Shown here: positions 13,038 to 24,845 of the stretch, piece by piece | How positions within the stretch are numbered: position 1 is the stretch's first letter | How the letters are laid out: every line of letters begins with the position of its first letter | Assembly: GCF_006345805.1 (NCBI RefSeq) | Contig: NW_021836880.1 | Coordinates: 1 to 37,014, forward strand | Length of the DNA: 37,014 nucleotides | Origin: Octopus sinensis | Taxonomy: Eukaryota | Reading direction: 5' to 3' | Translations under genes and position numbers: made by a program | The notes under the pieces: model-generated | Seen by the model: the letters and a program-made list of their open reading frames with translations, nothing else | Database searches by the model: none | Told to the model about the DNA's origin: nothing

Positions 13038-13449
13038 ACACACCTGTATACAGATATGTATAGAATTGCACATAGCTATGGGTATGTCTCCTGGTTATAC
13101 AATCTACGTTTATTCCTATTCTTGTAACGTATGTCTTAGGAATAAGTGATTATAGCATTGATGGTTGAGACACTTTTAGTGCCTATCGTCTGGAGCCATC
13201 TTTCTATGATTTGTTGGTGCAATAACAATGGAATAATTGTGCAGCTGTGTCTTGAGAATGTCGGAATGATGTGAAGAATCACGATGTGTCACGTGGGATG
13301 CGATATCAGTTTGATTTCTTTTTCTTAGACTTTAAAATTGTGATGATTTATTCCAGCTTTCAGATCCCGAGACTTGGTAGAGAGGCACTGCTCGTAGAAA
13401 CAGCAGCAGTTTTTAGTATTAGTGAAATTTGTAAGAATTTTAGCAACTG

Positions 13450-13651
13450 TATTAGTAGTATTGGTAGCAGCAGTAGTAGTAGCATTAGTAGTAGTAGTAG
13501 TAGTAGTAGTAGCAGAAGCGGCAGCGGTTGAAGTAGTATTAGTAGTACTAGTAGCAGCAGCAACGTTAGAAGTAGTAGTAGTAATAGTAGTGGTGGCAGT
13601 AGTAGCAGCAGTAGCAGCGGTTGAAGTAGTAGTAGTAGTAGTAGTAGTAGT

Positions 13652-13700
<49 letters not shown>

Positions 13701-13762
13701 CGGCAGTAGTCGTAGTAAGTAGTAGTAGTGGTAGTAGTGCTAGTAGTGGTAGTAGTAGTAGT

Positions 13763-13798
<36 letters not shown>

Positions 13799-13868
13799 CG
13801 GCAGTAGTCGTAGTAAGTAGTAGTAGTGGTAGTAGTGCTAGTAGTGGTAGTAGTAGTAGTAGTAGTAG
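13450..13868. repeat. (AGT)n array with ~98-bp higher-order duplication
   Basis: The variant block agcggcagtagtcgtagtaagtagtagtagtggtagtagtgctagtagtgg occurs near 13699 and near 13797. Confidence 0.9.
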
Positions 13869-13875
13869 ATTTCAC

Positions 13876-14070
13876 TGTTTTAGCCCTGGGTCAATGCTGA
13901 TATACCAGGCCATTGATCTAGTATAGTCCATCCAGCTATGATCAATTATCCACTCTTTTAAAATGTGTTAAGTATTATATCACTCGACGTATCACATTCT
14001 AAGTGTTGGCTGGATATGACATAACAGTGATTTGGCTACTATTTCTAGCATATCTAGCAACCGCGTAGCT
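13876..14070. mobile_element. Old interspersed repeat; related copies at 14115-14700, about 20830-21005 and (inverted) about 33990-34090
   Basis: Shared motifs tttagccc.gggtca...tgatc...tccagctatga...gatttggct.ctatttctagca. Family unassigned. Confidence 0.55.
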
Positions 14071-14180
14071 GTTTTCCCATCGACTCACGCGTAGCAGTTG
14101 TAGTATTTTTAGTTGTTCTTTAACCCCGAGTTAGACTTGACCAAGCAGACTTATGATCAAAAATATTCCAACTATTGTTA

Positions 14181-14580
14181 TCTTTATATATATAAAAGTA
14201 AGGTTGTGTGTCTGTCTCCTACGATTTAGATTCCTAACTACTCCCACATTTTGCGGTGCAGTTTAACCAAAACCGGGTATCTTATAGTCGTGATTCATAT
14301 CGAGCCCTTCTGGGTATTAGCGCGCGTCTACGATGAGTCTATGATTTAAAAAAAAAATTACCATCATTTTTTTCCATTTTAATGCATTTTTTCGCTATTA
14401 TATAAGGGAAGTAACTCTCTAAAAAGGTCTACGATGAGTCAACGATTTAAAAAAAAATTTACCATAATTTTTTTTCCATTTTTAATGCATTTTTTTGCTA
14501 TTTTTTGGCTATAACTCTCTAAACATGCTTATATAGTTATTTCCCTTACAAACCCGAGCAACGCCGGGCGATACTGCTAG
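14181..14580 (+). mobile_element. Non-autonomous Helitron (400 bp)
   Basis: Starts TC, ends CTAG, inserted between A (14180) and T (14581) with no TSD. Subterminal hairpin CCCGAGCAACGCCGGG about 12 nt from the 3' end. Internal ~100-bp tandem duplication (about 14326-14424 / 14427-14523). Confidence 0.9.
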
Positions 14581-14756
14581 TACTAAATAATTTTAAAAGA
14601 TTGTACGTCTTGGAACACGTTATCTAATATTTCCTTCCGTCTTAAAATGGAAAGGTACGGCTTGAGGGTGATTTCACTGTTATTGTTAGCAATCATAACG
14701 AGATTTTTCTCTTTTGCTTCTAGACGTTGGGGCGTGCAATTATGTGTTTAGATTCT

Positions 14757-15064
14757 TGATGTTCAAAATTATTTTATACAATGAAGGCTTGTAACTATCA
14801 CATTCACAATGATGTATTCAAGTAACTATTGTACATATGTAAATCCAAATGATCCGAAAAGTAAAAATAAATATGGACATCTATATACGAAAATATACGA
14901 CAATACTAGTGTGGTCATTCTCACCGTTACAAGACCCCTACGTAATATTTTGTATTTCCAACGACGGATTAAAGATTAAAGCCCGCCTTAAAACCTGAAT
15001 AAATTCGACGAATTGATGTTCAAAATTATTTTATACAATGAAGGCTTGTAACTATCACATTCAC
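14757..15064 (+). repeat. 1.2 tandem units (257-bp period) homologous to 9391-9648
   Basis: TGATGTTCAAAATTATTTTATACAATGAAGGCTTGTAACTATCACATTCAC occurs at 14757 and again at 15014. Confidence 0.9.
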
Positions 15065-15417
15065 GAAGGATTACTGGAGTAATGTTACTCAACAGGGTGC
15101 GTACCTAGGGGACCAGGACATCTCTCCAGACTGAGCTGCTGCTTTCTACATATTTGAGAGGTCACAGGTCCGGTATTAGAATGGCGCAGGAAAGAATCGC
15201 AAGACGGATTCTTCACACCGAGCCGACTGGCAGGACACCAAGTGATACACTAAGAATGAGATGATTAAATGACATCCACATAGTTTTAGTTGGTCGAATT
15301 TAGGAATCCTCCAAGATTTCCAAACGTTGCTTCTTATGGAATCTTATTAAGGAGATGCCTGAGAGTCCTACCCAACGATCTTTCCAGGAATAGTGGACGG
15401 AGAAAATGGATGGATGG
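15065..15417 (+). mobile_element. RTE (Expander/Rex3-like) LINE 3' fragment
   Basis: Translates IRMAQERIARRILHTEPTGRTPSDTLRMR*LNDIH and ends in an ATGGATGGATGG tail. Confidence 0.8.
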
Positions 15418-15635
15418 TTGTTCAGTACTTGGTTTGCAATTCAGCTAGGCATTGAGTTTTGTAAGTTTTAGGATTTCCAGTGAGTTTTACTGGATTAATC
15501 TCCCGGACTGTGGTCAAGCTGGGGCACTACTATTAAAGATTTTGTCATCAACCAATATTCATCGATCTATTTTTATTGATAAGTATTATAGGACAGGCTT
15601 CTGTCCACTTTTCTGGTTCCAAATTGAGCATTGCG

Positions 15636-15812
<177 letters not shown>

Positions 15813-16339
15813 ACTCTTTCTCTCTCTTTCTCTGCTCGTGTATACGTTTGTGTGTGTGTATACGTTTGTGTAATGGGTAATCACGTGCGATGAAAATGAA
15901 AGCAGAGTATTTGATCAGACACAGTGTCAAAGTCGGAAACTTCGTTGCAAGAATGGCGGATTCCGCAAAACTGCTAAAAGATAAAAAAACAAACAAACAA
16001 ACAAATAAATAAATAAATAAATAAGAGAAAAAGACGACAGATTCGGTATAATTTGCATGGAATATGAGGTGTGTATGTGGGAGGTGGCGGAGGGGAATTG
16101 AGATGGAAATGAGTCTGTTGGTGTATAGTGAACGGAAGTGAAGATTGATGGAATCGATAGATACAAATATGTCAAAGAAGATATTGGTGGTTCTGGGAAT
16201 GGTGAAGAATATTCCACTACAGAATGGAAATTATTATCTTAGGAAATAACAAGGCTGAATTGCAATGTGGTAAGTGATATCATGTGGATGTAATCATCGA
16301 TGCTGTGATTTTACAGTTTAGGGGTCAACTCATTAAAAA

Positions 16340-16931
16340 AATGTTTATTGTGGTTTTCGGGCTTGTCTTCATATATGGTCAAGAATGTTGGATAATCACA
16401 GAAAGAGTAAAATGAGTAAAGACTCCCTTCAGTCATGAATGACCATGAGATTGCACCTAGAAGGTTCTCATCCGGGCACAAGTCCAGGTAAGGCTGTTTA
16501 TGGAAGATCAGCAGTCGGCCATGCATACCAGCTTACCCTCTCCACGGCACCTTTGTTATCCAAGGAAAAGGCAAAGGCGATACAATTCGGTCACATCGGG
16601 ACATCGCAATTCATTTCTACAGCTGAGTGAACTGGAGCAGTGTGAAATGTGTCTTGCTCAAGAACACAACACACAGCTCGGTTCGGGAATCGAACTCACT
16701 ACTTCATGATTGTGAGCCCGACGCTCTAACTATTGAGGTATGCGTCTTCACCAAGAGAGTGTAATTACGAATACATGCATCCGAAATGGGAACCCTCCAA
16801 TGTGCAGCATTGAGGCGTCACAATTCTAGTAATATGAACACGTGATTAAAATGACACAGGAAAGAACTGCAAGATGGATTCTTGAGCCGTGCTAACCGGC
16901 GGAAAAACCTAAGAGTAGACAAAAAACGAGA
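16340..16931 (+). mobile_element. RTE (Expander-like) RT C-terminal fragment split by a SINE insertion
   Basis: VFIYGQECWIITERV (to about 16410) resumes after about 16757 as LRIHASEMG...IEASQF**YEHVIKMTQERTARWIL, matching the RTE motifs YGHELW...RIQAAEM...GHxxRM. Confidence 0.75.
16411..16752 (-). mobile_element. tRNA-derived SINE family C
   Basis: Minus strand has a tRNA-like head with GTTCGATTCC B-box, a TGTGTTCTTGAGCAAGACAC central motif and a (TTTAC)-like tail. It interrupts the RTE fragment. Confidence 0.85.
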
Positions 16932-16977
16932 AGGATATAGTATCTCTCTCTATATATATATACATATATATATATAG

Positions 16978-17188
16978 TGAGAATTTACAAAAAAAAAAAA
17001 CTCGAAAACAAGTGAGTAAATAATAAACAGATGTATTAGTTTAACGCTCGGGAAGTGAGAAAGTCTTTCACGTTTCGAGTTTACGCTCTTCGACCAAAAA
17101 GAACACAGAAATAAACAGAGAGGGAAATAGAAAAAGTTTAGTGGCTAACGATCTATCTTGGCGAATGCCGAACAGAGGGGTTACACAG
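16978..17188 (-). mobile_element. Penelope-like pLTR fragment with degenerate minimal hammerhead (about 17065-17100)
   Basis: Minus strand TGGTCGA-AGAGC-GTAA-ACTC-GAAACGTGAAAG, related to 27113-27149. Bracketed by (TA)n. Confidence 0.55.
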
Positions 17189-17356
17189 TATATATATATA
17201 TATATATATATATATGCAAGCAGAGAGGTAGAAAGAGAGGTAGACAGAGTGGAGGGGAGATATATTTACAACCGAAAAGAGCCATCAACGCATTTTGTAG
17301 AATCTGTATCGTGTTTACATCAACAGCTTGACTGAGAATTGCATTACTGCAAGTTT

Positions 17357-17390
<34 letters not shown>

Positions 17391-17692
17391 TACATGCACA
17401 CACGCACACACACACACAAACATATGCACACACACACACGCATATACACACACAAACACATTTGTGCGATGGACTTTATATATACAAACACACACACTCA
17501 CACACACACATGTATAAATATGTATATACGCATACATGTATGTATACATAGATGTGAATATATGTATGTATAAATAAATATATGTTTAAACACGCACATA
17601 TATTTCAATAAATATATGAATTAATATATGTATATCTATATATATATGTCGATATATATATACATACATATATATACTTACATATATATACT

Positions 17693-17727
<35 letters not shown>

Positions 17728-18412
17728 AATATATATATACGTGTATCATCACACATACACACACGCACACACACATATACGCGTACACACACACACACAT
17801 ATTCTTCTATGGACTTAATCCATTCCTTCGCTGTATAGTTTGTTATATAATCATTGTCGATTACATTTCTTTAACGTTTATCTGTTCCTCCATTTTAAAA
17901 TTATTATCTCTTTCATTTCACGCTTTTATCAACGCGTCCTCTCGTACTTTCTTTAGATTCAACAACCATTCTCTCTTCCTTTTTGTTTGTTTTATGTTTC
18001 TTATTTTCTTCGTCTTTCTTTCTTGTTTTCTTTCTTTCCGGCATTCATTCATTGGTTTGTTTTTGTATTTATTTATTTATTTATTTGTGTATATATTTTT
18101 CTTCTATGCCTATACATTGTTTCTTTCGTGACTTCGCCTTATTTTTGAGAGTTTCTAAAAATCTGTCGAGAATTAGAGAGCGAGAGAGAGAGAGAGAGAA
18201 AGAGAGAACGTGTGAGAGAGAGAGAGAGAGAAGGAGATACACAGAGAGAGAGAGAAGGCGATACAGAGACAGAGGGACAGTAAGTGAATGACAGAGGGGA
18301 CCATAGAAAGGCTCGCACATTCAGTTCAGTGAAAGATAGAGTAAGAAGAGAAGGAAGGATACTGAAAGGGAGAGAAGGGAAGATACATAGACAGAGAGCC
18401 GAAGGTATAACG

Positions 18413-18455
<43 letters not shown>

Positions 18456-18487
18456 CATATGCAAGCATATATATGTATATGTATGTA

Positions 18488-18518
<31 letters not shown>

Positions 18519-18809
18519 ATATAATATATATACACATATATTACACATTACGTGCGCATACAAACATATATGTTAAAGAGAGAGGAAAAGGGAGAGATAA
18601 GGAAGTGCCGGGCTATAATAGAAACGAAGAGTTTAGATGAGGTGGGGGTTGGGGAAGTTAAGATATCTTAAAAGAAAAAACACATACAAAAAACATATTT
18701 TAAAAAGGCAATAACAAAATATATAAAAACAAGTCTAAAAGTCTCTAAACCTTAGCGAGCCCTTATAACTGCCAATACATTGATACGGCGGCCATTGTAC
18801 AGATATTTT

Positions 18810-19580
18810 CCCTCCGTCGTCTCCCCGTCCTCTCTCGTGTTCCCTTCTATTTCTCACACCACATTTCCCCCTCCCTTTATCTGCGTCTCCTTCACTTTTA
18901 CTCCCTCCCTATCACCCTCTCGTTTGTTCTGTTACACTCCTCACGCTACAACTTTCTTCTTCCCTTTATCTGTATCTGCACCTCCTTTGCTATTACATTC
19001 TCACCCTTCCCCCTCTGCTTTATGCTCTTGCTTTTCTCCCACCGCGTTCTCCCACTGTTTATCTGCAACTCTTTCACTTTCACCACCTCTCCCTTCATCC
19101 TGTACGTTGTTCTCTTACACCCCCTTACTCCACAACATTCCTCCTCCCTTTATCTGCACCTCCTTCACTTTTTCTACCTCCTCCTGCACCCTCTCTTGTT
19201 TTAGCTCCAACACACGTTTTCTATTTTGCTTTATCTTGCAAATTTCCAAAGATATTTCTTCGCCCATCCAGAACCTCCACCCCGCAACAAACTACCCGCC
19301 CGTCCTCCACCTTCTGTCCTTTCCTTCCTTCCTTCCTTCCTTCCTTCTCCTCCTTCCACCACTCTCCTCCCTACTCTCTCTGCCACTCCTAACTATATTA
19401 TATTTCTCACACAATCTTGTACATGGAATCTATCTCCGACATTACGCCACCACCTTCCTTCTAAATCTCCTCCTACCCCCGACTCTCCTACCACATCTAC
19501 CTCCTACTCACATACTTTCATTTATCTCCTCCTCCTTCTCCTCCTCCTCCTCCTCCTCCACTCCTACTCCCACCATAGAG
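18810..19580. repeat. Pyrimidine-rich low-complexity tract
   Basis: Strong C/T strand bias with degenerate internal repeats (ctccctttatctgc.cctccttcactttt). Confidence 0.8.
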
Positions 19581-19689
19581 TTTTTTTTTATCTTGTATTG
19601 TTTACACGATAAGGCCCTCTTTTTTGTCCTAAAACCCAGCAACTTATCTCTCACGGTATTTAATTACAATTAAACCCTGTTGGCTTGCT

Positions 19690-19808
19690 GTCGTCGTCGT
19701 GGTGGTCGTGGTAAGCTTTGTTGTTGAGGTGGTTGTCACTGTCCCTGTTACTATTGTATCTTTGGCTGATCCTGTAGTAGCAGCAGCAGCAACAGTAGCA
19801 GCAGCTGC

Positions 19809-19845
<37 letters not shown>

Positions 19846-20335
19846 ACAGCAGCAGCAGCAGTGTTAGTAGTAGTAGTAGTAGTAGTAGTAGTAGCAACGG
19901 TGGTGGTGGTTATTGCTGTTAATGTTCAGGCTACGGTTGCTATGGCAACATTTCTACTGTTTCATAATTTTATTATTGCCGTTATAACTGCTGTTATTGC
20001 TGTTGTTGTTGTTGTTCTCGTTGTTGTTATACGTGCTGTTGCTATGGTTACTGTTGTCATGGATTACTGTAATACTTAATGTTACTACGCTTCCTGTTAT
20101 TGTTAACGTTGCTATACACACTGTTGTTATGGCAACAGGTGTCATGGCTACTGCTGTTATAGCTACCGTTGTTATAGGTTACTGTTGCCATAGCTACAGT
20201 TGTTAAGTTTCCTATTGCTATGGGTTACTGTTGTTACGACACCTGTTATTATAATTACCCCTGTTGTGGGTATTATTGTTATACTTGTTGTCATATGATG
20301 GTTCCTGTTGCCATGGGATACCGTTGTTATGGTTT
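19690..20335. repeat. Degenerate trinucleotide field (GTA/GCA/GTT)
   Basis: Direct reading. Confidence 0.85.
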
Positions 20336-20344
20336 TGTAAATGT

Positions 20345-20422
20345 CTGCTATAGCCTCAGGCCGACCATAGCCTTGTGAATGGATTTGGTAGACGGAGCTG
20401 AAAGAAACAAGTCCTATATATG

Positions 20423-20456
<34 letters not shown>

Positions 20457-20472
20457 TATATATATATAATAT

Positions 20473-20533
<61 letters not shown>

Positions 20534-20737
20534 GTGTCTATGTGTCTGTGTTTTCCTCCGAACATCGCTTGACAACCGATGGTGGTGTGTTTACGTCCCC
20601 GTAACTTAACGGTTCGGCAAAAGAGACCGATAGAATAAGTACTAGGCTTACAAAGAATAAGTCCTGGGGTCGATTTGCTCGACTAAAGGCGGTGATCCAG
20701 CATGGCCGCAGTCAAATGACTGAAACAAGTAAAAGAG
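20345..20737 (+). mobile_element. SINE family A, 5'-truncated
   Basis: Matches 6100-6408, including the tail. Confidence 0.9.
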
Positions 20738-21096
20738 GGTCATCCAATCACCTTCTTATATTCCTATCAAAGTTGCTACATTACAGATATTTTTTGCTGC
20801 TATTTTTTATCGTTGTTGTTTGTGGTATTGTTGTCTTTAGACTTCTACATCCGGGTTGACCGGGACACACCAGACTGATGGTCAAAGGTAATCCAACCAT
20901 GTCCATCCAATTAATTTTTCCCAGAAACCGTGTACGCTGGGCCATATTTACTGTTTAAAACAGTAGGGTGTGATTTTAGGGGCTTTTGGCTTCCTCGTGG
21001 ACTCCTTCCTCTACATCGTTAATGTTGTCGACCATATTATTTTCCTCGTTGTCGCTGTAGTTGGCGTATTTGCTAATAATTATATCTCACTGTGAT

Positions 21097-21310
21097 ATTG
21101 GTTTCAACTTTTGGCACAAGGCCAGCAATTTCGGGGTATGTTGTTTGGGTCAAGTCGATTACATCAGCCCCAGTGATCAGCTGTTATTATTTTATCGAGT
21201 CCAAAAGAATGAATGGTAAAATCGACTTCGTCGGAATTTGAACTCAGGACGTAAAGACGGACGAAATGTCACTAAGTATTTTGTACGGAATACTAAGGAT
21301 TCCGCCAGCT
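21097..21310 (-). mobile_element. SINE family B
   Basis: Reverse complement of 31128-31336 / 27467-27703. Confidence 0.85.
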
Positions 21311-21702
21311 GGAAGACGATAAACGATCTAGAAAACCTGCCACGTGATTCACACCCGGAGATGTGGAGAAAATTCATCAGCTTGTGCATGAGGTCCCTTG
21401 GAGGACAATCAGCGACCCTGCTGATCTTGTTGGTCTGTCGTATGGGTCGTGCTGGCAATCCTAAATGGTTGAGCAATAGTTATTATAAGGAAGATATGAA
21501 ATACAGTGAAGTGGAGGAAGGAAAACAGACGTGAGATACGTAAGGATATTGCATCTGCAGTTCCATTATTTGAGTAGAATGGTGTTTACATAAGTTTCCT
21601 GTACCTTGTGTGTGGGTTCCAATGTTGCTTATAATTGGTCATTCCAAGCATAGTCTTATAAAAGGTGTTATTCGATGAAGGGTTATATTATATATAATCT
21701 AT

Positions 21703-21760
<58 letters not shown>

Positions 21761-21901
21761 TATACAATTGAAATGACTTAAAAGTCGGGAATGTATTTGT
21801 AAGTCAAATCAAAAATAGGAAGAGAGAAGAAAGAAAGGAAAAAAAGAAGAGAGAAGTAAAACAAAGGGGAGATAATACATATGTATATATATATATAGAT
21901 A

Positions 21902-21952
<51 letters not shown>

Positions 21953-21953
<1 letters not shown>

Positions 21954-22535
21954 TCGGCATGAGGCGAAGCAGCCTACTGCTAGCCCTCTTATTTACTTTA
22001 TTATATAGAACCTTACAAAGCTCCTGACGATGAATTTGTCGTATTACATACCGAAATTTACCGGTAAATAAGTTGGTTACATGAAAAACCACAGAAAAAT
22101 TATTTACCATTTTATTGCATTACCATGTGGATTCCTCATTCCATTACGATTACCCAGAAGGCGCGCATGGCAGAATTTTGGAGGGAAATTTACGTTCCCA
22201 GTCGTTACTTAGTTTTAACATCTGCACACTTCCCTCCACTATCTGATGTCGCTGGGTCAGAAGTGAGGGCCTGTGGCATTTGGTAAATCTATCGAATATA
22301 GCGCCGATGAAGAAATCAAACTACTTTTCTGAGTTTGTGATCCAGAAACATGTCGTTATTAACGGTAAGTGACTGTTTGCGTCTATTTGCTCCTCCGGTT
22401 TTGTGTAGTGAGCCGCACGGGCCTTCGTTTTTGGAATCTCCACTTACAGAAAATGGAAAAAACAGTCTTTGACTGCCATTTCTAATTCCTTCGGCATGAG
22501 GCGAAGCAGCCTGCTGCTAGCCCTCTTATTTACTT
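21953..22535 (+). mobile_element. Retrozyme/Penelope-pLTR-like non-coding element with 46-bp terminal direct repeats
   Basis: TTCGGCATGAGGCGAAGCAGCCT(A/G)CTGCTAGCCCTCTTATTTACTT at 21953-21998 and 22490-22535. Two hammerhead-like motifs inside. (TA)n on both sides. Confidence 0.75.
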
Positions 22536-22667
22536 ATATATATATATATATATATATATATCAAGAAAAGGTTAGTAACCTTTTCTTCGCCACATGTAGA
22601 ATATATACTGTCTTTAAGTAGATTGTCTAATCCTTCAACTAATGTTTTACTATTTTATATCAAGATT

Positions 22668-23205
22668 TTTTGCTGTAGTTTCAGCTCATAGCTGCGGCCA
22701 TGCTGATGCACCGCCGTTTGGCTACACTGTTATTACTGAGAGCCTCCTCCAATATGTGGCAATTGGTGAAGAATGGAGTTTGATGTAGCTACCCACATTT
22801 ACACCTCTTGCCGTGAGGTAGGTTCGTCTGGGACTCTCGACAGGGAGATGTCCAGCTTTGATTTGAAAACCCCTGCATCTACTTTGTGCAGGTTCCTCAG
22901 GCTCTTTGGGAGAATATTAAAAAGCTGTGGGCCCCTGAAACACAGGCTATTGCAGTAACTGGTCCTGAAGCGTGATGGCATTGCTGGGATCTTTGGCACT
23001 ATGCAGTGTCGTCCCGTTCTGGCATTGGTATAGCTTTCAATGCCAAAATTTGGCACAATTGCTTCCAGGATCTTCCAGATGTATATTACTGCATAACCCT
23101 CCCGCCTTCTCTCCAGGGAGCAGAGTAGAGTCTTAGCTGTTTCAGCCTTTCCCAGTAGCTGAGCAGATGCAAGGGACGATCTTCTTTGTGAACCTTCTCT
23201 GTACA
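22668..23205 (-). mobile_element. CR1-group LINE 3' fragment (RT C-terminus plus 3' UTR)
   Basis: VQRRFTKKI..SYWERLKQLRLYS / SLERRREGYAVIYIWKILEAIVPN...GPQLFNILPKSLRN...FKSKLD..LSRVPDEP, with frameshifts. Confidence 0.9.
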
Positions 23206-23229
23206 TAAAACACATAACGATACAAAACA

Positions 23230-23295
<66 letters not shown>

Positions 23296-23350
23296 AGTGA
23301 ATGGAAGAAATGGAGTTGAACGAAGATTGTACAGAATTCCTTTTATTACA

Positions 23351-23430
23351 TTCTACACATGTTTCAAAGGCCACAATTTTCCAAATTCTGATTAAATAAG
23401 GATACCATATTGCAGCTTTCTCTTCAGGAA
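23351..23430 (-). ncRNA. Type I hammerhead-like motif in a (TA)n-bracketed island (about 23290-23657)
   Basis: Minus strand TTC-CTGAAGA-GAAAGCTGCAAT...ATTGTGGCCTTT-GAAAC-ATGT-GTA-GAA. Intact core, ~12-bp helix II with one mismatch, 3-bp helix I. Same architecture as 1651-1732. Confidence 0.7.
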
Positions 23431-23652
23431 AAACCAGGAATTACGTTGTCAGAACAAAACAAAACAAAGGCGCAGCAAAGCAATTCGAATGAGGACGCTC
23501 CTTAAGAGCCCATGGGTAAAAAAAAACAAAAAAAAAAAACACCATATGGTCTTATCTCCAACCATGTTTTCTCTGCTGTGATTTTTGCTACCCAGGTATC
23601 GGTTAAACTTTTGAATAATCCGTAACAAGATATTCATCTTTCCATTTCACAA

Positions 23653-23694
<42 letters not shown>

Positions 23695-23715
23695 CATATA
23701 TATATAAATACATAT

Positions 23716-23793
<78 letters not shown>

Positions 23794-23799
23794 ATATAT

Positions 23800-23888
23800 A
23801 AGTTAATCCAAACAAGAAACACAAAAGACAACAACGCGAGGATGTGGAACAAATAAAGTATTATTGGGCGCTCAGGAAAGAAGGGAAA
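23800..23888 (-). mobile_element. Penelope-like pLTR 3' fragment
   Basis: Reverse complement resembles 27155-27225 (tttcctgagcg...aatacttt...ttccac.t.ctc.cgttgttg). Confidence 0.6.
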
Positions 23889-24267
23889 TATATGGATATA
23901 TATGTATATATGTATATATCTATGTATGCATGTATGTATGTATTTCGATATGTATGTTTTGTGCATGGTCTGACTGAAATAGTAAGCTGTTTATATTTTA
24001 TTTACTTCGAGTCTGTTGTAGATATTTCCGCTGCAGATGGGAAGCTTCCTTTAAAAATAAATGTCAATTGTTTTAGAAAAATTTCAGAAAAAAAAGTAAA
24101 CATTCTTTCTTTTTGAGACGACATTTTCCGGTGAAGGAAGATGTAGGAGCTACTTTCACATACCTCTGTCTCTTATCGCCGAATGATTCTTTCCTTCAGG
24201 ACATTACACATACATACAGATGTATGCATGTTTGTATGTATATACGTACGTACGTATTTATGTATAC

Positions 24268-24681
24268 TTTTTTTATCTTTTACTTGTTTTAGTCATTTGA
24301 CTGCGGCCATGCTGGAGCACCGCCTTTAGTCGAGCAAATCGACCCCAGGACTTGTTCTTTGTAAGCCTAGTACTTATTCTATCGGTCTCTTTCGCCGAAC
24401 CTCTATGTCACGGGGACGTAAACTCACCAGCATCGATTGTCAAGCGATGTTGGTGGGGACAAACACAGACGCACAAACATATACACACACATCCATATAT
24501 AGATATATACATATATACGACAGGATTCTTTCAGTTTCCGTCTACCAAATCTACTCACAAGGCTTTGGTCGGCCCGAGGCTATAGTACAAGACACTTGCC
24601 CAAGGTGCCACGCAATGGGACAGAACCCGGAACCATGTGGTTGGTAAACAAGCTACTTACCACATATCCACTCCTACGCCT
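24268..24681 (-). mobile_element. SINE family A, full length
   Basis: Head AGGCGTAGGAGTGG through tail; reverse complement of 6011-6408. Confidence 0.92.
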
Positions 24682-24768
24682 ATAACAATGATGAACAACC
24701 TTAATCGATTTTCAAACCTTATTGGGTTTTCATCAGAGGCATCTACATCATTTTAAACAGTATCATCA

Positions 24769-24769
<1 letters not shown>

Positions 24770-24845
<76 letters not shown>
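24770..24845. repeat. (TTA)n microsatellite at the 3' end of the Dong element
   Basis: Direct reading. Confidence 0.95.

Noticed and set aside
13364-13400. Possible acceptor TTTCAG for the 9456 donor
   Set aside because: Both tested phases stop within about 12 codons and the sequence runs into (AGT)n.
18780-19673. 297-aa ORF, the longest in the track
   Set aside because: Stop-free because of C/T bias; S/P/L/F low complexity; non-ATG start.
22799-23230. 143-aa ORF as a host gene
   Set aside because: It is the frameshifted CR1 RT C-terminus.
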